Shown here piece after piece: positions 58,486 to 64,000 of a stretch of 64,000 nt of DNA. This DNA comes from an uncultured Verrucomicrobiae bacterium (GTDB lineage: Bacteria > Verrucomicrobiota > Verrucomicrobiia > Chthoniobacterales > JAFAMB01), in NCBI GenBank assembly GCA_963813025.1, contig CAWEXO010000011.1, positions 896,001 to 960,000 of the forward strand, read 5' to 3'. The notes under the pieces are model-generated. The model saw only the letters and a program-made list of their open reading frames with translations. It was not told the DNA's origin and ran no database searches. Numbering within the stretch: position 1 is the first letter of the stretch; every line of letters starts with the position of its first letter. The position numbers and the translations under genes are program-made.

Positions 58486-59153
58486 AGCGAATCTCGCTTT
58501 TTCCCGACTTCGCATTTCGCGATGGACCGATGAACATGGCCCTCGACGAAGCAATAGTCCATTCGGTCAAACGAACCGGAGCGGTCCTTCGACTGTATCG
58601 CTGGGCCGAGCCCTGGACGACCTACGGTTACTTTGTACACTGGAAAAAAGTTGCTGAACTGCATCCTCAAACAAGCGCTGTCCGGCGATGGACGGGCGGC
58701 GGCGTCGTCGAGCATGGGAAAGACCTGACTTACTCCTTGATCTTACCCCCGAGCGAGCCACTTCTACCGAGCACAATGCTCTATGAACAGGTTCATCAAG
58801 CCCTGGCCTTAGCTCTGCAGAGCGTCCATGGCTCGATTGCACTGGCTGACGGCAGAACGCCGGCACGCCGACAGACCCTTTTTACCGACGCCTGTTTTGC
58901 GAACCCAGTCCGGTCCGATCTGCTGATTGCCGGGAAAAAGGTCGCGGGTGCGGCGCTGCGCAGGCATCGTTCTGGAGTACTGTTGCAGGGGTCAATCCAA
59001 GGCCTCGCCGTCCCGCCGCAAATCGGAGCTGGTTTTGCGGGCGGTTTGGCGGATCAAGTCAATTCATTCGATCTTTTGCCGGAAACGTTGGCGCTCGCGG
59101 AGCGGCTAGCGATCGAAAAATACGGTTCGCTGGACTGGAACCGAAAGTTCTGA
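58482..59153 (+). CDS. Lipoate-protein ligase A / octanoyltransferase family
   Basis: NMALDE, LRLYRW, RRWTGGGVVEH, CF, KVAGAA, LQGSI; GTG start overlaps the MFS stop. Confidence 0.88.
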   Translation: MKRISLFPDFAFRDGPMNMALDEAIVHSVKRTGAVLRLYRWAEPWTTYGYFVHWKKVAELHPQTSAVRRWTGGGVVEHGKDLTYSLILPPSEPLLPSTMLYEQVHQALALALQSVHGSIALADGRTPARRQTLFTDACFANPVRSDLLIAGKKVAGAALRRHRSGVLLQGSIQGLAVPPQIGAGFAGGLADQVNSFDLLPETLALAERLAIEKYGSLDWNRKF

Positions 59154-59248
59154 CACTCTAGCGAAGCCGTGCTTCGGACCGGCGCGTTTTTACCGGGAAA
59201 AGGCGGCGTGAAGATGTGCCCTTGTTGGGCGGCCTCGCTGGTGAGTCA

Positions 59249-60340
59249 ATGAACCCCGTCTTCTTTTCGAACCGTCTTTTCGCTGGCCTCTCACCTGAGG
59301 TCCTGAGTTCGGTCCCGATCCGGGAGGTCGAGTACCCGGCCGGCACCGAGATTTTTCAGGAAGGTTCAGCCGGTTCCACCGTTCTGTTGGTCGGGAGAGG
59401 CAGAGTGCAAATTTCCAAGATTGGCCGAAAAGGGCAGCCAGAAATTCTGACGATTCTCGAATCGAATGATTTTTTTGGCGAACTGGCGGTCCTCGACTTT
59501 GGTCCTCGGTCGGCAACGGCGACGGCCGTGGAAAAAACCTTTCTGGGTGAACTCGATCGAACAACGCTCGACGAGCTCATGGAAAGGGCGCCCCGGGTTC
59601 TGCCGCTCAACTTTACGAAAGTTGTCATGGAACGATTGCGGTACACGAACGCCCGTTTTGTGGAGGAACTGCTGCAGGCCGAACGCTTGACCTTTTTGGG
59701 CACGATGGTGAGTTCGATTGTCCATGACCTAAAGAACCCGATGGCCGCGATCCTGTCCTCGGTCGATTACCTCGAGCGGCGAACAACCGATGATTTTACT
59801 CGGACACTCTCGGGTATTATCCGTTCAGCCGCTGATCGCATGATGCTTCTGACCGAAGAGTTGCTCGATTTTGCGCGGGGCACCGCACATCTGAAAAAAC
59901 GCGCGACCAACGCGGATAGCCTTCTCAAATCTTTAGAAGCGGAAATCCTTCGTTCGGTGCGCAGCACGCCGATTCAGGTTGTCGTCGAACAAACTTCGGG
60001 CAGTGAACTGTGGATCGACGAAGGTCGCATGACTAGATGTCTGGCCAACCTCGTCAAGAATTCAGTCGACGCTCTCAAAGACCGCGGCCGGATCGCGCTG
60101 TCGTTTGCTGAGCATGGAGAGCAGTTATTGATCTCGGTCGCGGACAACGGTCCTGGAATTCCCGAAGAAATCCGGCCCCGTATTTTCGAACCGTTCGTCA
60201 CGTTCGATAAAAAGGGAGGCACCGGTCTTGGCCTTTCGATTGCCCGCTCCTGCGTAGAGGCACATCGCGGAAAGATTTGGCTGGGGAGTGAGTTGGGGAA
60301 AGGGACCACCTTTTACGTGCTGATACCGCAGCGGGCGTGA
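59249..60340 (+). CDS. Cytoplasmic histidine kinase with N-terminal cyclic-nucleotide-binding domain
   Basis: FFGELA...RSATA cassette; H-box VHDLKNP; NLVKNS, DNGPGI, FEPF, GTGLGL. Confidence 0.93.
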   Translation: MNPVFFSNRLFAGLSPEVLSSVPIREVEYPAGTEIFQEGSAGSTVLLVGRGRVQISKIGRKGQPEILTILESNDFFGELAVLDFGPRSATATAVEKTFLGELDRTTLDELMERAPRVLPLNFTKVVMERLRYTNARFVEELLQAERLTFLGTMVSSIVHDLKNPMAAILSSVDYLERRTTDDFTRTLSGIIRSAADRMMLLTEELLDFARGTAHLKKRATNADSLLKSLEAEILRSVRSTPIQVVVEQTSGSELWIDEGRMTRCLANLVKNSVDALKDRGRIALSFAEHGEQLLISVADNGPGIPEEIRPRIFEPFVTFDKKGGTGLGLSIARSCVEAHRGKIWLGSELGKGTTFYVLIPQRA

Positions 60341-60440
60341 AGCGGATCGGCGTACTGCGTGTCGGCGTACTGCGTAGCGCGGACGGCGTCGTCCGTATCC
60401 GGGAGGTGGGGCGCGCGCCTCACCCGAAGGCGGAATAACA

Positions 60441-60482
60441 CTCCGCGCGGATCCTTAAGCGGCGACAAGTCGCGCGAACTCC
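60441..60482. repeat. REP-like family B copy
   Basis: CGCGGATCCTTAAGCGGCGACAAGTCGCGCGAACTCC matches 48241-48277. Confidence 0.75.
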
Positions 60483-60517
60483 GCGAAAAGCGGTAAGCCG
60501 ACACTCCACGACTCACC

Positions 60518-60535
60518 TTGTGAAATATTTCACAA
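60518..60535. promoter_or_regulatory. Rex-type operator (also fits the CRP core)
   Basis: Perfect palindrome TTGTGAAATATTTCACAA = TTGTGAA-N4-TTCACAA, 61 bp upstream of nuoD. Confidence 0.8.
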
Positions 60536-60596
60536 TATTACCTTGCGAGCGGAATTGAGAGGAACCTATCTTGCCAAGGACTCTCTGCTTTCTGCC

Positions 60597-61850
60597 ATGC
60601 CTACCTCTACGCACGAGATCGAGACGCCCGACACGCTTGGACAAACGGCGAAGTCGCTCGAAGCGATCGAGGACGCGGAGTTTCTTGGCGAAAAGCTCAC
60701 AATCAACATGGGTCCGTCCCATCCTGCGACCCACGGCGTATTGCGCATAGTGCTTGAGCTCGACGGTGAAATCATTACCAAGGCGACGCCGGATGTGGGC
60801 TATCTCCATCGAGGCGATGAAAAGATCGCGGAAAACATGCAGTACAACCAATTCGTGCCCTATACCGATCGGCTCGATTATCTTGCGCCGCTGGCAAATA
60901 ACGTGGCCTACACTCTGGCCGTCGAGAAGTTGATGGGTTGGGAGCTGCCGCCACGAGGCAAAGCGATCCGGGTGATTTGTTGCGAGATCGCGCGCATCTC
61001 CGCGCATCTGCTTGGTTTGGGCGCCTTTGCGATGGACGTAGGCGCCACGACAGTCTTCCTTTATACCTTTACCGAGCGCGAAAAGCTCTACAATCTCATC
61101 GAGTTGCTCACCGGAGCACGGTTCACGACATCCTATACGCGAGTAGGCGGTCAAATCAGGGACCTGCCGGAAACTTTCGTCCCCAGCCTGACCAAGTTTT
61201 TAAACGACTTTATCCCGCAACTCGATGAGATTGACCGGCTTTTGACGCGGAATCGGATCTGGGTCGACCGGACGCGGAATCTCGGCATTATCTCCAAGGA
61301 GGACGCCATCGCCTACGGCTTAACCGGTCCCAATCTGCGGGCCAGCGGCGTCGATTACGATGTGCGAAAAGCTCATCCTTACCTCGATTACCAGAACTAT
61401 GACTTCGATCTGCCGGTGGGAACGGTGGGCGACGCCTATGATCGTTATCTGGTCCGAATCGAAGAGATGCGCCAAAGCGTAAAGATTCTCCGGCAGGTGG
61501 TCGAAAAGTTACCGAGCGGCCCAATAGCGGTGGCGGATCCCAAGAATCTGCCTCCGCGCAAGCCTGACGTGTTAATGAAAATGGAGGAGTTGATCCATCA
61601 TTTCATTATCCACACCGAAGGTGTGGACGCTCCGCCGGGCGAAATCTATTTCGGTGCGGAAAACCCAAAAGGTGAGCTGGGATTTTATATCAATAGCAAA
61701 GGGGGCGGGGTGCCTCACCGGCTGAAGATTCGTGGCCCGTCCTTTGTGAATTTGAGTATCCTGCCGAAAATCCTGCCGGGTCATATGATGAGTGACGTGG
61801 TTGCTATCCTGGGAAGCTTGGATTTTGTGATGGGCGAGTCGGACCGTTAG
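60597..61850 (+). CDS. nuoD: NADH-quinone oxidoreductase subunit D
   Basis: NMGPSHPATHGVLR, GYLHRG, DRLDY, ENPKGELG, GSLDFVMGESDR. Confidence 0.98.
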   Translation: MPTSTHEIETPDTLGQTAKSLEAIEDAEFLGEKLTINMGPSHPATHGVLRIVLELDGEIITKATPDVGYLHRGDEKIAENMQYNQFVPYTDRLDYLAPLANNVAYTLAVEKLMGWELPPRGKAIRVICCEIARISAHLLGLGAFAMDVGATTVFLYTFTEREKLYNLIELLTGARFTTSYTRVGGQIRDLPETFVPSLTKFLNDFIPQLDEIDRLLTRNRIWVDRTRNLGIISKEDAIAYGLTGPNLRASGVDYDVRKAHPYLDYQNYDFDLPVGTVGDAYDRYLVRIEEMRQSVKILRQVVEKLPSGPIAVADPKNLPPRKPDVLMKMEELIHHFIIHTEGVDAPPGEIYFGAENPKGELGFYINSKGGGVPHRLKIRGPSFVNLSILPKILPGHMMSDVVAILGSLDFVMGESDR

Positions 61851-62144
61851 ATGCGCCTTCATCTGTTGATGACGGGATTTTGCGTTTGCCTGGCCGTGGC
61901 CGGGTGCCAGAGGGAGATCGCAAACCGAAATCTTAAGCAGGTGCGGTTAAACATGTCACCAAAGGAAGTGGAATCCATTCTGGGACAGCCCAATCGAACC
62001 GACAAAATTGAGCTGGATCTCGAGACGGAAAAGAAAAACATCACCATCACCCGTTACTATTATGAGCAGGATGGGCAGCAAATCGTTCTGCACTTCCAAG
62101 CTGGAAAGCTCCTGAACACGCCGGATCCACTGCATCGCAACTGA
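61851..62144 (+). CDS. Small lipoprotein, SmpA/OmlA (BamE-like) domain
   Basis: Lipobox VAGC; VRLNMSPKEVESILGQP, YYY, LHFQAGKL. Confidence 0.7.
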   Translation: MRLHLLMTGFCVCLAVAGCQREIANRNLKQVRLNMSPKEVESILGQPNRTDKIELDLETEKKNITITRYYYEQDGQQIVLHFQAGKLLNTPDPLHRN

Positions 62145-62147
62145 ACC

Positions 62148-62642
62148 ATGGAAATTCCCGCCGAGCTTACCGCGAAAATTGATGAGGCCATCAGCCATTA
62201 TCCGGTTTCCAAACGCAGCGCCACGTTGCCCTTGCTGCATTTGCTTCAGGAGCATTTCGGATTTCTCAGCCATGAAGCGATAAATTGGGTCGCCGCCAAG
62301 CTGGAGATCGAGCCGATAAACGTGCTCGAGCTGGTCACCTTTTACCCCATGTTTCGGCAGGAGATGCCGGGGAAGCACCATATCCGCGTCTGCCGAACGC
62401 TATCTTGCGCGATGGCCGGCAGCTACGATTTAATGGGCGCTTTCTGCCGGCACGCCCAGATCAAACCGGCCGGCTCGAATCATGGTTCGCAGTTGCAGAA
62501 GAGTGAGGACGGACGGTACAGCATTGAGTTTGTCGAATGTCTCGCCAGTTGCGGATTCGGCCCGGTCTGCATGATCAATGACGATTTTTACGAGGCCGTC
62601 GCGAACGAACAGGTGCCTGAACTTCTCCAGAAATATCAGTAG
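62148..62642 (+). CDS. nuoE: NADH-quinone oxidoreductase subunit E
   Basis: RSATLPLLH, VTFYPMF, CRTLSC, ECLASC. Confidence 0.96.
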   Translation: MEIPAELTAKIDEAISHYPVSKRSATLPLLHLLQEHFGFLSHEAINWVAAKLEIEPINVLELVTFYPMFRQEMPGKHHIRVCRTLSCAMAGSYDLMGAFCRHAQIKPAGSNHGSQLQKSEDGRYSIEFVECLASCGFGPVCMINDDFYEAVANEQVPELLQKYQ

Positions 62643-62644
62643 CC

Positions 62645-64000
62645 ATGGCCCCAGTATTGCGCACACCGCATCCCCGGGAACACCGGATTATTTTCAAGAA
62701 CATCGATCGGCCCGGATGGATCACCGATATCGAATGCTATCTCAAGGAGGGCGGTTACGAAGATCTCAAAAAAGCCCTCGGGATGGCTCCAGCGCAAATC
62801 GTTGCCGAAGTAAAAGCTTCCGGCTTGCGCGGACGAGGCGGCGCCGGTTTTCCCTGCGGCGTGAAATGGGGATTCATTCGTCCGGGCGAGACCAAGCCGG
62901 TCTATCTGATTTGCAATGCGGACGAGTCCGAGCCAGGCACGTTCAAGGACCGCTACATCATTCACCAGGATCCGCACCAGCTCCTCGAGGGGATGATCAT
63001 CTCCTGTTACGCGGTCAACGCGAAACTGGCCTACATCTATATCCGCGGCGAGTTCCCGGAGGGCGCGAAGATCCTGGAGCGAGCCATTCAGGAGGCACGT
63101 GCGCACGGCTTTATCGGCCGAAGATCCTCGGCTCCGGATTCGATCTGGAGATTTACGTGCACCGCGGCGCGGGCGCTTACATTTGCGGGGAAGAGACCGG
63201 GCTGATCGAATCGCTGGAAGGCAAGCGTGCTTATCCGCGGATCAAGCCGCCCTATTTTCCGGCCGTGCTCGGCCTCTACATGTCGCCCACGATCGTCAAC
63301 AACGTGGAGACGCTCTGCCACGTGAAGCACATCGTCCGGATGGGCGGTGCCGAATACGCGAAGATCGGGCGCCCGAACAACACCGGCACCCGCATATTGT
63401 GCGTGAGCGGCGATGTCCAACGCCAGGCTATTACGAGGTGGACATCGGGGGCGTGACCATGGGCGAGCTGATCTACGATATCTGCGGCGGTCTGCGTCCC
63501 GGGCGCAAGCTAAAAGCGGTGATTCCCGGCGGCAGTTCGGCCAAAGTTCTGCGAGCGGACGAACGTTTCAAACTGAAGTCCAAAGGGCCGGATGGCGCGG
63601 TCATCGAGCGCGAGATTGGCCTTGAGGATATCCCGATGGATTTCGATTCGCTGGCCGCGGCCGGTTCAATGGCCGGCTCAGGCGGCGTCATCGTGATGGA
63701 TGATTCGCGCGACATGGTCTGGGTCTTGAACAACATCAACGAATTCTACGCGCACGAGAGTTGCGGCCAATGCACGCCTTGCCGCGAGGGCTCGCTCTGG
63801 ATGAAGAAAATCACCGATCGAATGCGCGATCGCAAGGGGGTAACGCAAGATCCCGCGGTACTGAAAAGCGTCGCTGACAACATTGCGGGCCGCACCATTT
63901 GCGCTTTCGGCGAGGCTTGCGCGTGGCCGACGCAAAGTTTCGTCGAGAAGTTTCAGGAGGAGTTTGCCGAACATACGATTCCGCAGGGGAATGGAAAGGA
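62645..64000 (+). CDS. nuoF: NADH-quinone oxidoreductase subunit F, frameshifted twice (near 63119 and 63424), runs off the window end
   Basis: GLRGRGGAGF and NADESEPG in one frame; GAGAYICGEETG and NNVET in a second; PGGSS and ESCGQCTPCREG in a third. Confidence 0.93.

Noticed and set aside
63110..63430. Programmed ribosomal frameshifting in nuoF
   Set aside because: No slippery heptamer at either site, and two events in one core subunit are implausible
1..64000. tRNA, rRNA, tmRNA or transposase genes
   Set aside because: None recognised by eye in the intergenic gaps; tRNAscan-SE and Infernal would be needed to exclude them fully

Overview
GC-rich bacterial chromosome segment of mostly housekeeping genes. 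The lineage is most likely Verrucomicrobia (Chthoniobacterales/Spartobacteria-like), inferred from recalled protein styles, not a database search. About 65 CDS: RRM protein-infA, pyrH-frr, plant-type leuC/leuD, mbfA, ribE, ArfB-like factor, sucC-VOC-sucD-citrate synthase, prmA, argS, phoU, coaE-rho-rnd, aroF, nth, fabI, a GDSL autotransporter, ackA and nuoD-(lipoprotein)-nuoE-nuoF. I saw no rRNA, tRNA, CRISPR array, transposase or prophage module. Main signals absent from the ORF track: (1) a 28-codon Phe/Tyr/Trp-rich leader ORF ([28 protein letters not shown], 45231-45317) upstream of DAHP synthase, followed by C-rich DNA rather than a strong intrinsic terminator, a candidate attenuator sensing all three aromatic amino acids and possibly Rho-dependent; (2) a perfect Rex-type operator TTGTGAAATATTTCACAA upstream of nuoD; (3) a ~200 bp CTAG-bounded MITE-like palindrome; (4) several families of dispersed and tandem intergenic repeats; (5) two intact but motif-degenerate enzymes (GlgA-like, OleC/acyl-CoA ligase-like); (6) an orphan DUF4255/Pvc16-like gene; (7) a nonsense-split secreted-protein gene and two single-base frameshifts in nuoF that may be sequencing errors.
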